Source: Marsupella aquatica (Eukaryota; Plantae; Marchantiophyta). Taken from it: DNA of 64,000 nt. Below the pieces are notes generated by a model that worked only from the letters and a program-made list of their open reading frames with translations, did not search any database and was not told the DNA's origin. Made by a program: the position numbers and the translations under genes. Below are positions 1 through 13,142 of this stretch, piece by piece (position 1 is the first letter of the stretch; every line of letters starts with the position of its first letter). The DNA lies in the NCBI GenBank assembly GCA_973895155.1, contig OZ316893.1:25904798-25968797 (forward strand), written 5' to 3'.

Positions 1-269
1 TTAAATTTTTCTTGATTTTATGCCTTATTTTTCCCTGCCTGCCAACGTCAAGGATGAGAAAAGCTCTGATATGGCCCTGCGACTGTCTGCGATCAAACAG
101 TGCTGAAGTATCGCTGCAATATTTTGTCAAGTCTGTGCTTATTTGTTTCCTTTGTGCTAAGAACGATAATTAGATGATGGTAATTTAGGGTTTAGGGTTA
201 TGCCAGATATGCCCTTCCTTGGAAAGCTTTTCTCAGACACTGAAGACTTGGTGACTACATCTCTTGCAG

Positions 270-1287
270 CTTCACGTACTGGATTTGTTCATGGACTGCT
301 TAACGGAGCCCAATGAGAAGCTGGTGGAGTTTGGCGTCGCTGGAGTCTGCAACTGCGCTCCTGGTGACTATCGTTTGGAAACTCTCAAATCTGTTTGCAT
401 GCTCCTCTCGCATCTATTGCAAATGTTGTTTGGAACAATCTTCAACAATCGAATTTGTGTGTTAACAGGTACTATTAAGTTGAAAGCTTCATGGTTAGAC
501 AACCACGGCTAGAAATCAGTTGCAATTAGTGACACAGGCAATTCTTTGTTGAAGAGTAAATGTTATCTGAAGATTGCATTGCAATTGGTCTTTGGATTTT
601 GACAACTACAGATCCTGCGAACGCTGCTGTTCTTGTAGCCAATGGAGCCATACCTCTACTTATATCTTGTTTGTCGAGCCCGGTAGAGAATACGGTAATT
701 TCATCATCCCACCTTGAATTTCATCACCACTTCTACAGTCAGGGTATTTGTGTACAGGCTAGTGGAAATGTCTTTCGCGATCTTGTTTGCTAGTATCCAT
801 ATCCTACCATTGTAAAGGACCCTGCCTCCGGAGAGCATTTTGCCATTCGTGACCTTCGTGATCATCCCACAGTTCCTTGTGTTCGCAAAGCAACCGGCAG
901 AACAGGAGTCTGTCAAAACATTAAGAAAGTGATTTGTGATACCGTGGCTGCAGGTGTTGTCTACCATGGCCGGCTTGTACTATTTGTGTACACATGCAAC
1001 TAGAAAAGGTGATATGAATGCCAACATCCTAAGGGCCATGCTTCTAAATTCTAAGTTGGTTTGCAAAAGGAGATTCATAGGTTGGTCTCCAGGTTTTCGC
1101 AATTAGTTGTCCAGGAACTGCATTTTGAGATTATATGATCGGGAGCTGCTTTGCTGACATTACTCTTTTTGCAGATATTTTGATCGCACCGGTGGTGGAT
1201 AGTCTACGAGCATACGCCTCTAGTAGTGCCAATCCAAGGTTTCAAAACGTAGCGCGGGCCTTTCTTGATAAGTATGTAGACAGGTAA
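270..1287 (+). CDS. ARMC7: Armadillo repeat-containing protein 7-like (ARMC7-like), 3' part; 5' exons lie outside the window
   Basis: GT-AG exons 270-363, 612-694, 954-1008, 1175-1287 join in frame: [91 protein letters not shown]...[11 protein letters not shown]. This matches the recalled ARMC7 family pattern. Confidence 0.88.
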
Positions 1288-1957
1288 ATAGGAGCATATT
1301 CACCTACGTGAGGTCACGAGGATCAAAGCATATTAAATTGCTTTTCAGACTTGAGATAGTTAGAAGTGACTTGAGATAGTTAGAAGTGACGGACCCACTC
1401 ATAGGACTTGAGCTTCCTTTTGGAAGAGTAGAGCCCCAAACCATATAGAATTCAATGCCGTTGCAGAGCTCCTGATCGGTGGTCATGGAGCAATTTTGAC
1501 CTCGGTAGGGAAGGCATGGGGACGAACAGACTTGGATGTTCCTAAGAGAGACGGTTGAGGGTTAAGGGAGTTTACGTAGTCTCATTTGAACATTTGGTTA
1601 TTTAGTTCCCTTATTAACTCCAATTATCCCGCCTTCCTAGCGTGGCTATGCCTTTGGTGCGATCGTATGTGTCTGTGTGAAGGAGTGTAGCTTCCTCTTG
1701 AGGAAAAGAGTACCACTGAATCCTGATGGGTGACTTCATGCAAGTTCAGTGGCTTGCACAGGATTCCCAACAACGTCGGCAAAGCTTCACCCATGTCATT
1801 TGAGATAGAAATGACAACAATCAACAAGCATGTGCCTCAAAATTTGTAAATTACACGAAGACTCGTAAGGAAGACTCGTAAGGAAGACTTTTTCGTTTTC
1901 AGTTAGCTAATACGGCAAGCCATGGGGAAAGATCTAAGTGAGTTGGATTGGAGTCTG

Positions 1958-2090
1958 AGGGTGTATGCAGTTTCATGTGAACTAGAATACTTACTTCCGA
2001 TTATGACGCCCACACATAATTGAAGTTTTAAGGTGTATGCAGTTTCAGGTGAACTAGAATACTCAGTTCCGATTATGACGCCCCCCCATA
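1958..2090. repeat. Two-copy ~72-bp tandem duplication
   Basis: GGTGTATGCAGTTTCA(T/G)GTGAACTAGAATACT..TTCCGATTATGACGCCC occurs twice in tandem. Confidence 0.85.
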
Positions 2091-2386
2091 TGCTTCAAAT
2101 GCGAGCTCTTCTCACTTCACTGTGAATGGATGAATTTGATATCTTGCTCTCGTGGAAACATTCCCAAGTGAATTCTGATAGGTCACATTCAGGGTCAAGT
2201 GGCTCGTCATACAAAGCAAAGGCTACTTGAGACAGATGTCGCTACATTCAACACGCACCGAGCCACAGAATTTGCACGAAGATCCTCAAAAGAGTACTTA
2301 TAATTAGTTAGCGCCCGCAAACTCTCTTATTAGAGTTCTCTGCTGCGTGAGTTACAGCATTTCTCCGTGAGGCAGTGTAGTGCCTT

Positions 2387-2695
2387 CCTGTCAAAACTGA
2401 ATTGTACATGTTCGGACACCATGTCTAGCACAACAAGGGGAACAACCCTGCTCAATACCTTTCCGGACCATATTTAACGAAATTGGAGACAGCTGAACAG
2501 CGTCGCATAATTGAGCTAATGAGTGTAGAATGGTCCCTAAGGCCCTATCCATTCTTATCGTAGGGACAGGCATCTCACTCTTCACTGCTTCGCAAGAACC
2601 TGTCAAATTGAATTGTCGGACACAGTATGTCTCGTGACGAGGGCACCAACCCTACTCGCCACCTTCCCAATCATATTTAACGGTACTGCACACAG
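2387..2695 (-). repeat. Diverged duplication of the RPS29 terminal exon plus proximal 3' UTR
   Basis: 2387-2490 aligns to 2599-2695 (CCTGTCAAA..TGAATTGT..CGGACAC..ATGTCT..CAACCCT.CTC..CCTT..CATATTTAACG), offset about 210 bp. Confidence 0.75.
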
Positions 2696-3204
2696 AACGG
2701 GGTCACACATTCAGCTAAGAGTCTGAAAGCTTCAATAAGGTTGCTTTCAATCTGATCGCAGAGCACTGATCTCTATCAATTGCTTTAACGAAACAACCAG
2801 AAAGATCGAACGAAGAGAACACGAATTTCACATTTCTCACCTTCACAAAACCAATATCCTTGGCGTAGATCCTGAAGCACTGGCGGCAGGTGTTGATGCC
2901 ATATTTCCTGATCAACCCATGTACATTACCGCAGACCCGGCTGTACTCAAACCAGAAATCAAGCACGAGACGAAACCAGATGAGCAGGGAGGAAAACAAA
3001 GAAAAACGGCCTCGAAATCTTAGAAACACCGATCAACAAAAGACAAGCAGGACGAAAACAACGAGAAACGGCTCCGAAGACCTAGACGTACCGATCCATC
3101 ACGAGACGAGATGAAAGAGGGCTCAATCAATTGCAAACTCACCATGTTCGAGAGCCGGGCCCAAACTTCTTCGGGTGAGAATTCCACACTGCGGCGTGCC
3201 CCAT
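2677..3204 (-). CDS. RPS29: 40S ribosomal protein S29 (uS14), 56 aa
   Basis: Exons 3204-3143, 2940-2841, 2685-2677 with GT-AG introns give [56 protein letters not shown], with the CxxC...CxxC zinc motif. Confidence 0.97.
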
Positions 3205-3381
3205 GATTGAAGTGTGCAGCAGCAATTTGTGCACGACGGCCGAGAGCAGAGATCCTGTACGTGACGAGAGAGCAGAGCACTGAAGGTGGTCGGGGCTGCG
3301 AAGAGGAGATGATGATGCGCACGACGGACGAGGAGAAGACAATGAGCACTGATGTGGAAGCCAAATGTGCTCAATGGCTTA

Positions 3382-3390
3382 TTAGGGTTT
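3382..3390 (-). promoter_or_regulatory. Telo-box (AAACCCTAA) upstream of RPS29
   Basis: TTAGGGTTT on + strand about 180 bp upstream of the RPS29 ATG; telo-boxes are established elements of plant ribosomal-protein promoters. Confidence 0.6.
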
Positions 3391-3679
3391 TGAGATTTGT
3401 TAATAAACCCTTTTACTAGCCTATCCCCAAACTAGCTCAATGACCATTGCACCACTAAAATTTATATGCTATTTTGGTTAGTATGTGACTCATTTTTTTT
3501 CATTCTCATTTCAACTTTGTATTTATTTAGAGTCCATGTCACTTTTGTCCATCTTCATTTAAAATTTTGACCTTATTCAATCTCATTATCAATCTCATTA
3601 TCAATTTTGTATTTATTGGGAGTTAGGGTCTAGAGTCTTCACTCTAGACCTAGGCCCTTAAAAGTAGGCTTCACTTGGC

Positions 3680-4200
3680 CGTAAGATTATCAGTCTCTCC
3701 CCCAAACTATTTTAATATTCATAACTATACCACCTTTTTCAAATATGAGTTACTGTAAGTCTTGTACTTAACTTGAGTTTGGTCCGCATTACTCACTTGT
3801 CATGTGGCAAGGGGCTATTGAACACGCCAAACCTCAACCTATTCTACCCTAATCCGGCCCGACTCACTCCTGTTATGACAATTTAGGGAGTACCTGGCCT
3901 GCAAAGGGAAGAAAGGGGTGGTCCTGTCGTCAGGCCTGCCTTTGTGGGTAACTTAGTCGGGGCTGCCTTAGCACAATGCGAGGGAGCCAGCTTGGTACTC
4001 TCTAAATGGGAAAGAGTTAGCCCAGGTTAAGGTAGAACCAGCAAGGGTTCCACGTGGCAAATAACACCTTGCCATGTGGCAGGCAACCAATGCAAAATGA
4101 ACTCATGTTAAGTAGAGGATTAGAGTAACCAATATTAAAAAAGGGGGTCGACTTAGGAATTAAAATAGTTTTGGGGACAGGTTGATAATTACTGTCAGTT
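3680..4200. mobile_element. Non-autonomous DNA transposon remnant with long imperfect TIRs (Mutator-like MITE)
   Basis: 3684-3815 is an imperfect inverted match of ~4066-4195 (ATTATCA..CCCAAACTATTTTAAT..CCTTTTT.AATAT.GTTACT.TAA..TACTTAAC.TGAGTT); no TSD identified. Confidence 0.55.
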
Positions 4201-4267
4201 TGCGATAGATTAGTAAAAAACAGTTTGTGAATAAACTCTTCTTTGCAAAAATAGAGATAGAGTACAT

Positions 4268-4335
4268 ATATTTGATGGACCACAAAATGAGAAGTGTTAT
4301 TTGATGGACCCCATGAGTGATCTAGACTGTTGATT
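4268..4335 (+). repeat. Dispersed repeat family copy (related copies at ~6232-6290 +, ~41365-41415 +, ~55135-55240 -)
   Basis: Shared core TTGATGGACC..AAAATGA.AAGTGTTA.TTGATGGACCCCATGAGTGATC.AGACTGTT; the reverse complement of 55135-55240 joins the 4270 and 6240 segments. Confidence 0.6.
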
Positions 4336-7262
4336 GGAATGGTCAGCTGTCATTGCTCTAGGGAATTAAAACTTGAAACAATCTGAAAGTTGAAATCCAG
4401 TCAGGTTTCACCCTCAGATGATCATCCATGAGGGTCCTCTACTCTCTATGCAATACCCTTTCCAGCCTTCAGCATTGGGTTGGTTTGCTTACTTTGCTCC
4501 CACCCCGACCTACTCTCCGCTTGGTTGCCCCACTCCCCCAAAAGAGGACTGGCAAAGTGTGTAAATCAAACAAAATTGCAATAAAGTAAATCTCAGCAGT
4601 AGGGTGCCATAAATACATGAGTTGCAATATAGACTAAACCAATGCACCTCATTTATGGGCACAAATGTATGCATAGCTAAGGGTGGTTTTACAAGAAGTA
4701 AGGGGCACTTGGGACATCTTTCACAAAGCAAAATCGAGCTCCACTTCTTGTCCTAACGATGGACCCAATACAAAAAATAATTTGAAATGGAGTTCAATAA
4801 ATGGAAATTCCTTGAAGGAGTCAAAGTAAGAAAAGGATCTTTTGAGGTGGTCTAACATTGAGTACAAAATAAGCACTCCATATGGACATTTACTAGGGCC
4901 CAGTCCTTGCCATGTGAGATTGGTGGACACCTTAAGTGAATGGGCCCCCAAGTCTTGTAAAGTATTTAAACTAGTTTGCACAGTTTTCTATACAGTCCAA
5001 ATTTAATCTTAAAGAGAATAAAAAGATGTAATGGTCCTCAACATCTTGTAAAGTATGCAAACTACTGCAAAGAACTAAAGGCACTTACTGGAAGACAAGA
5101 TTCCAACGGCAAGTAACCCAATAAAGAGGGGAATATAGAGGGGAAAACCCAAAAGTCCAAAGAGCTACAAAGCCCAAGACAACCACAGCACAAGCCACTG
5201 ACCCTAAGGCTCTTGTTGTAAAACAACATCCCCATCCATCCAAAAAACACCAGCCAAAAATGGGGCTGCCTTCCTTGACTTTCTTAATAAAGAGAGGATG
5301 GGCAGCAGCCTATTTTTCATGCCCTCAACTCCTTCAATCTCATTTGTGGATGGTTTTCAATCCATGTCATTCCTCAAACATGGTTAAAAGGACTTTAAGA
5401 GCCATTTTGTTGGCAAAAATGTGCCTTCATCTTACCTGGAAATCATGCAAAGGAAATATCAATACCAACAGGGCCAATTGTCACACTCAATCTGTGGCTA
5501 CCTAGGCTTTTATTCAAGGGGTCGAGAATGATATTAGACTTGACAAAGCTGAGTGGAAAAGGACCTGTGTGTGTTAATTGTGCTGTTTACTTTTGCCACA
5601 GATTATGGGATAATTCTCACATCCCAAGATTATGCCTTATCACATATGCTATGGCACTCACCACCGCAGTCATATACTTGAAGATTTGAGCCCTTCATTT
5701 TGGATCTTGTTGACCACAATGACCACATATTCACATCCCTCTGTATTTCATGTTTCTAGTAATGAAGTAGATTTCAACTAAAACAGAAATATCGTAACAG
5801 CCAAGAAAGCTCAGAGAAGAAATTGATGGTGGGACCAAACTTAGGATGTACCAATCATGTACACTTTTAAAAGGTGAGCAATTATACAAAAGACAGACCT
5901 TATTTGAGTAAAAGGTAACAGTTTTTTCTCGAGAAAATAATTCAAGAACATGACTAGAAAAGGACCAAGCCTCTTCTCACATTTATATAGCCAGGATTAC
6001 AAATAACTGGGATTCACTAGATTACCACTCTTTTTTGGCATAATATATACTTTGCCACTCATTTTATTTATTTATTATAATGTCACTGTTTTTGTTTTTG
6101 TTTATGGGTTATGTTCACTCATGTTAGCTCTCACATGTGGAGATACAAGAGACCCAACTCCCTAACACTTTACTCCATGAAAAACTTTGCCATGGGGTTC
6201 TTATGTTGAATCCACCCAATTATTGAGAGATTTACTTGATGGACCTTAAATCAACATAAAAACCAAAACCTCATGGGGTTGGTTAAGGAAAAACTTTGGT
6301 TGACAGTGCATCAGGCTGGTAAATGTCTCCCCAATTAGTGTAGCTATCACACAACCTTTTAAGAAGTATGAGGGCTTTGATCACACACCTTTCTAAGAAG
6401 TATGAATTTATACAATTTAAGAATGATTGGTGTTTCTTTATCAGATATTTTGTTGACCATAATTATATAGTCTACCCGTGTAAACCAGGAGATCATATAT
6501 AGGAGGCAAAATTTACGCATAAGGAAACCAGTAGGTGCCCTTAGATCTAAACATTGACTTATTGACTGAGTAATGTCCAAAGTGCCTGGCTGCAGAATTT
6601 GATCCTAACTTTGTGCTATAATCTATGTAATGCAGATTTGATCCTAACTTTTTCCTCTAATCTATGTAATGCAGGTTTAAGAGGGACTAGCCTGATGACG
6701 AGTTCCTTGAACATAAACAGAGATTTGAGGAGAAACAAAGCCTTACAGGGAAAATGATTCCATGCTATTTACTTTTCATTTTTGTGCCATCCCTGGATTT
6801 TGTCTGCACCCTCACTTTGAGTCAGGCCCTCAATTGGAGTCTTCACCATCTAGAGGAGACACTCTAGACACTAGGCCCAGGTAATAGGTTTTTTTATTAC
6901 CCTTTATTAATTAACTAGATACAGCCTTTCCAATATAATGATGGCCCTCTTAAGAGCATATTCTTTAAGGTTTGTAATTTTTAGCAAGTGTGATGAATGT
7001 TTGCTTTAAGAGAGAATATTGGATTTTACTAAAATAAATCATGACCATAAGATATCCCTAGATTTAAGGAGGACTGTTAGATTCTGGCTAATAGGGTCCA
7101 TGATTTGGTGAAAAAGCTCCTAATGGTGTTTAAAAAAAGCTAGCGAATATTAGCCAAAAGTGACGAACATTTTTTGGGGAGTTGGAATTCCAAATACCCT
7201 GGCTCCTAATCCAAGGGTTTGGGGTGGCCTCCGTCCGTCCGTCGGCGCCCGGCCCTGTGCCG

Positions 7263-7271
7263 TTAGGGTTT
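7263..7271. promoter_or_regulatory. Telo-box near the probable transcription start of the SWC5-like gene
   Basis: TTAGGGTTT next to a GC-rich GCCCGGCCC stretch and followed by a CT-rich leader. Confidence 0.4.
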
Positions 7272-8893
7272 CCCCTTTTCCGTCTTCTTTTTCTTCTTCT
7301 TCCGTCTCGTGTACGTCAGCTCCGTTTCTTTCTCTCTCTCTCGTTCTTTCTTTTTGTAGAGATGCTAGACCTAAAAGACGGGAATCTCAAGTCAACGCTC
7401 GTTCTTTGTTCGTTCGCCTCGAATCGAATTCGCTTTTCTTTGCGCAGCGAATTTGCTCGATTCTTTGCTGACGACGACGGGCCGTTGGTCGATTTGCGCA
7501 GCGGAAAGGGGATCTTGGGGGTGATTCTTATCTGCAATTCTGTCACTGGCTGGAACCATGCGCGAGTGATGCTGGCAGGTTTCGTCCGTCCTTCGGGCTC
7601 ACGTAAGTGCGTACCGTCCGCTCTTTTTTCCGTTTGAGATCTCGCCGTCGTCGGTCTCAATTCCATTCAATTGCACCCAGTCCAGAGAATGAGCCCGCGG
7701 TGCCCGCCGCGCCACAACTCTACCACTGTAGAGCCGGCTTGGAGTTCGAATTTCAGCCAAAAGCATCACATAATATCAGTCTGAATCTCTGTGACCACGT
7801 TTGGAACTTGGACGATTAGTTTCGTGGACGATGAGTGCATGAGCTTTTTTCAATCGAGGCGAGATTATATCGAGTGAGGAGGAAGCGATTGTTTTGATGC
7901 GCGAATCCGGTTGATCGGCGAGAGCGAGAGAGAGTGGCGCTTCTGTGGTTTGCCTTTTGAAGGAGATTTTCGCGCCGCGGTTGCGGTAATATCTCGTGTC
8001 TTTCTTGTTTGTTCTACAACTTAGAGTGAGTATGTTCGATTAGACGGAAGAGTAGACGCGGGGAGGAAGCAAAACTCTCCCGTGTAGAGGGATATACAGT
8101 AGGTTAAATTTCAGTTGGTGTTGTTGGCCATGTTAGTCCGTCCTGACCGCTCCGTCCGCTGGACGAACTTCTTGTTAGTTCTGTGCTTCCGGGAGATGTG
8201 GTTTTCGGTGACGAGAAGTGGTTGCTACCATCTGCCCGCACACACATATATAGAGAGAGAGAGACAGCGAGCATTTCTTACGTCGATGAGCTGATTAGCA
8301 GTTGTTGTACCGGACACTCCGTGTGATGCTTGGCGTAGGTGAGATCTGTTCATTTTCGTTGATTTTGTCTTTCTTGGAGGAGGGGGCGAAGAGAAAATAC
8401 TCTTGGCATTCAGAATCATGTGTCCTGTCTCCGAGTCGGTGTCGGCTGACTTCTTGTTTGTTCTTTGTTTCTGAAGGGAGCCGCAAGGTTGTTGTGATTC
8501 TAGACACCTTTTACCAACGATCAGCTGCTACATGTGAGCGAAACTACAAGATTTGTCATCACGAGTTTCAATTTCATCAGGTTAGTGTCATCGGGCTGGA
8601 CTTACGCGGACGATAAGTGCATGAGCTGAGACTCGGGAAGCCTGAATTTGCGTCGGTGGACAGGCTTGTTTCGGTTCTCCATTTGTGATCACGATGGGCA
8701 AATTCTTGCCACTCTGATCGGGATATCAGTTGCAGTGATCAGCTCCGAAATCGGACGCTAGTGGTCCGGCGCAGGCGACGTTTGGCTCAACAAGGACAGA
8801 AGGGGAATAGGTGGATATTGTGTGAAGACAATAGCAGCAGACAATTCGCCGTGGATTTGGTCTGATAGGCGCGGAAGCGCTCCGAATCCAACC

Positions 8894-11800
8894 ATGGCAG
8901 ACGACAACCTTTATGATTCTGAGGAAGATGAAGACTACAAGCCCGATCTTGAGAAGCCTGCGAAGCCATCAAGGTTTGTAGCCAGTCAAGCACATGTGTT
9001 CCATCTTTCCCGGTTGTCAGGAATGTGGATCCTGAGAATTATAATCCTATCCGTTCTCATCAAGGTTTGCGGATAACTGGTTCCGGATGGCGGCCCGCAA
9101 GAGTTTCATATCGTGGTCTGAATTAATTCACTGTAGCCGGTGAATCACGTGATAAAACCCTAACTCGCAATGCTGCAATACCTCGTCTCGATTATTCCTT
9201 AGGATTCTTGGCGTCAGCATTTCTCTCCCTCTTGGAGACCCGGGATTTCCTCTCCGGGTTTCTTGATACGTGGGTAGGATTTTGGCAGTAGCTCAGACTT
9301 TTGCCTTTGCCTCCTGTTTACTTTGACGCTTCTCGTTGTGGGAGCAGACGGATGCACTAATTGTTCAGTGTCCTGTGCCCACCTTTGCCGTCAGGGGAGG
9401 ATGAGTGCCATCACATTAGGACAGATCGTACGTGTTGAAGGTTTCGCATGCTTATGTGGATCATTTGCTACTGAATCGTGCAGGAAAAATGGGAAGAGGG
9501 AGCAGCAGTTGGAATTGGGAAAACCAGGTAGTACGATCAACGTGGATAATTCTGAGAAATCATCAATTGCGGATCCTCTCTCCCAGCTTAAATCTGATGG
9601 TGAGTCTTTGTTTTGCTCTCTGAGTCGGAGATGTTTAGATTTTATTGCTATTCAACACCCCCCTCATTTCCCAATTTGATGGCGGAAGTACTGGCCCTAC
9701 TTTAAATGTACAAGCTGGCCCTCTTATGATCGATTCAGCAGATGATTACTTCAGATCCCTTCATTTCGACTCCATTACTGAAGGTAGATGCCCTTCTGAA
9801 TATTTTTAATGTGAGGGACCTGTCCGGTGTGCGTATCCTCGAATTGGCTGTGATCCCGCTCCGGACAGTTTGAATGTGATGACCTTGAAATCGTACTACC
9901 CATAGGCTTGGTTGTCGATAAGTTTGCTGGAGGGGGGTCTATATATCAGGCGACTCCTAGAAAGTAGTTGGGATCTGCATTTTCCAATTCTGATACCTTG
10001 GAAACTTCGGTGATACGTTTAGCGACTGATACTGCTAACCAGTAAACCGTCATGTGACTCAATGTGAAGAGTTCGAGGGCATGTTAAGTTAAATCTTTTC
10101 ATGGCGTGTTTTCCTTCGAAATTTGCCGATCCCTCGCTAAAATTGTCTCGGATATTGCCGGAAGGCAATGAATGGCTGATTTTGTTTTCGTTTAATATCT
10201 TCTGCAGCGAAGAAAGCCAAAATTAATGCCATCTGGGAGCAGCTGAACGCCAAAGACACAGCATTGTCATCGAGAGCAGCCCGTGGGGTCGTTGCCTCTT
10301 CTGCTGGGCCATCCTCGAAAGTAGCAGCTGCAACTCCGGTAAGCAAATGATCTGTCCATTTACGTACTTCTTTGCGATAGTGACGAGGTAAAGTAGAAGA
10401 TCTTTCCAAATGTGGTGTCCGTGGCCCATTGACAGGGGTAACAAGTATGAGAGTGACACACCCATGGGTTTTTGCGACTGGTCGTTGTAGTCTGCTCTTA
10501 GATGGGGCAGTTGAACATGTTGTGTGAAGGACAGGAAAGTGTGTGAAGTTCTCCTCTAAGCTGAGAAACAGTGATCTTAAAAAGGGGGGCCGGTAAAGTC
10601 ATTCTCACTTCCTTCCTCAATCAGGCGTTCACCGCTACGAGGAACTGGAGTTATGTGCCAAGTAGAATTATGTGCCAAAGTAAATTCCATTTGGGGCTCT
10701 CTGAACAATAAGTTCGGGGGGTCGTGGGTGCAATATCAGCGAATCTTTTCACGCGGTCGATTGGGAGAGTGTAAGAAGTGTCCTGGGGGGAGGGCTCTGG
10801 GACAGTTTACATCCTGATGCGCTGGGGCGCAGTGCCGATCAACTAGCTGGAATGATCGAGTCGTTCGATGGTTCTCTAGGTGGAGTTGGGCGTACTTTGT
10901 GACGCTCTAAATTCGCCTAATTATCCATTCCCTTACTGCTTAAACCAGGCGATTTCTCTTTCAGGAGAAGCTCTCACATCAAAGTGACGTGAAAGTAATC
11001 CCAGCTCTAGTCACCTCTATTGTTTGGATACGAAATATCCAGTATGGCGAACTTCATCACCTGCGCCTTGTATCGCAGACGTCCCCCAAAGAGTCATTCT
11101 CCCGTTATCAACCGTCCGCGTGTATGTCCTGTTTTAGGAAGCTCTTAAGCATTGGGCATGGCGGGTTTGGTTGGTGTGGCAGGATTTCTAGGCAGAATGG
11201 AAAGCCTCTTCTGCTCGCTGACTCACCCTCAGCAGTTTGTAACTGTTGGAGACATTTTTGCTGTAAGTTCTAGCTCTTCCTAGTTCCTTTTGCTTGGAGC
11301 ATTATTTTCATGACTGGAAAGACCCTAGTGTGTAGTTATTGACAGTCTTACACCATTAGGGGTTGGACCATTAGGGGTTGGATAGTCATATCTTCACGTT
11401 CGACACACGGGTTCATGATACCTGCTGGACATAAGCACACTGAGACAATTACATCTGATTTCTATCAGTTTCTTTGGTTCCCTACCCATGCCTACTTGTA
11501 GTCTCACCCCACGATGTGGGTGGAGTAGTCATCTTAAGTGCGCCATCTTTAGGTTGGATGTGCACTCACAATGTTCCCACATTTTAGAGAAGCATAGATA
11601 TGTCACGGTTATGGCGCCATGAGCTCTCTAAGTCTGCAAGAGATATGGCCATTCAACTTCCAAATTTCAGGTCTAAATCCCAAATCGAGTATTTTCCAAA
11701 CCCCGGTGCTTTCCTCGATGTTTACTTCCTTCTTTCTGTTGGCTAGGACACTTATTTACTCTGTTCTCGGAGTTCGTCTGCTGTAGGCGTAAACGCAAGG

Positions 11801-13142
11801 AATTCAGTGCCTCTCTTTGCTGCTTCAGAGAAGGCACTTCCTCGATGCCGATTATACATTAAGTTCATAGACTCCTACAGTAGTTCTCCTGACGGACCGA
11901 AAGACATCGAGACTGATTACTGTCCTTCGTGAAGGAGGCATCGCGTGAGTGATAGGATCACAGTTAATGTCATGTCCAATTGAATTCAATTCACGCGACA
12001 GTGAAGGATTTCTGTCGCCTGACTGGAAATCCCTTCTTCTTTGAGCTCCATCTTCTATGCGATAGTGTTCTTAATATTGGTTCCTTTTTTCTAGAAGTCT
12101 ATTGGTACAAAGTATAGGGTGCTCTATAAAGTTAGAATTCTCATGTAGAACAAGGGGGTCCTCGTTCATGGCTTGCGCAGGTCTCAGTTCTGATTCCTGC
12201 TGTCGTCCTAATGGATGTTAAGGACATGCCTTGACATTGTAAAGCTAGGTTTCGTTGGGTCGTTTCTTCTTGATCAGTATGTTTTTGTTGCTACGGCCGC
12301 AGAGTGAATGTGCATGGTTTGTTGGTTTTCTTAAGGCGTCATGATCTCATTTCGTGGAAATGATCTATTTTGTAGGGGTGGATGAAGAACCTTGGAATGT
12401 TTACACCGAAACCTGCCTCAAATGGTTTGAAGTCCTCAACACAAGCGAATGGTGCAAAGGCCGCTCTTTCTGCCACAGATTCTGTTGGAATAGCAGAGAC
12501 AGGAAGTGATGAGAACGAAAAGGCAGAGGCAATCAGGAAAGAGGAAGCTCGGAAGGTGGCTTCTGCAGCTTTGGCTGCTGCGAAGCTCGCAGCCAAGGCC
12601 ATTACTGATGGGAAAGTTCAGGTGCTTATCTCATCAACCCTTTACTCCAATGTTTGCAGTGGAATCTTGCATAGATTATCTTTAATTTCGCTTTAGTGTC
12701 ATTGGCAAACTCTCGCTTTAGTGTCATTGGCAAACTCTCATTAGTGAAGTGTGACTGGCCTATTTTGCAGATTAATGAGGTTCGGGACTTTGCGGGGGAG
12801 GAAGTACGAGTCACCAAGTTTGTAGATCCAAATTCTAAAGCTGCATTGGCGGCTAGACGGAAAGCAGAGTCAGTCTCCTCGTCAGGACTCGATGCTTTAC
12901 TTGAACAGATTGGGAAGAAGCAGAAACTGAACATATTAGATAAATCTAGAATGGATTGGGGAGAGTTTAAAGAAGAAACAGGTCTGGAGACCGAACTAGA
13001 AGGCCACATAAAGAGTGGGGATAAGTACACTGACAAAGTAGCTTTCCTTCAACGTGCAGACTTGAGAGAGTATGAAAAAGAGAGGGATGCACGCTTGGCT
13101 GTCATGTCTAAAAGACGCACCGAGTCAGCGCCCATGGATTGA
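8894..13142 (+). CDS. SWC5: SWR1 complex subunit SWC5 / craniofacial development protein 1 (BCNT-C domain)
   Basis: GT-AG exons 8894-8973, 9484-9599, 10208-10338, 12376-12621, 12771-13142 join in frame. Acidic N-terminus DSEEDEDYKP, KKAKINAIWEQLN, EVRDFAGEEVRV and BCNT-C motif LDALLEQIGKKQKLNILDKSRMDWGEFKEETGLETELEGH...FLQRADLREYEKER. Confidence 0.93.

Noticed and set aside
186-200. TTTAGGG telomere-like repeats (also ~34530 and ~38570)
   Set aside because: Only two units each; common interstitial telo-box-type motifs, not a telomere
7160-8616. ORFs upstream of SWC5
   Set aside because: No homology recognised; the composition fits 5' leader/intron sequence
11923-12009. Possible miRNA-like hairpin in the long SWC5 intron (TCGCGTGA...TCACGCGA)
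   Set aside because: Only about 8-12 bp of pairing, too short for a miRNA duplex; no match to conserved plant miRNAs that I recall
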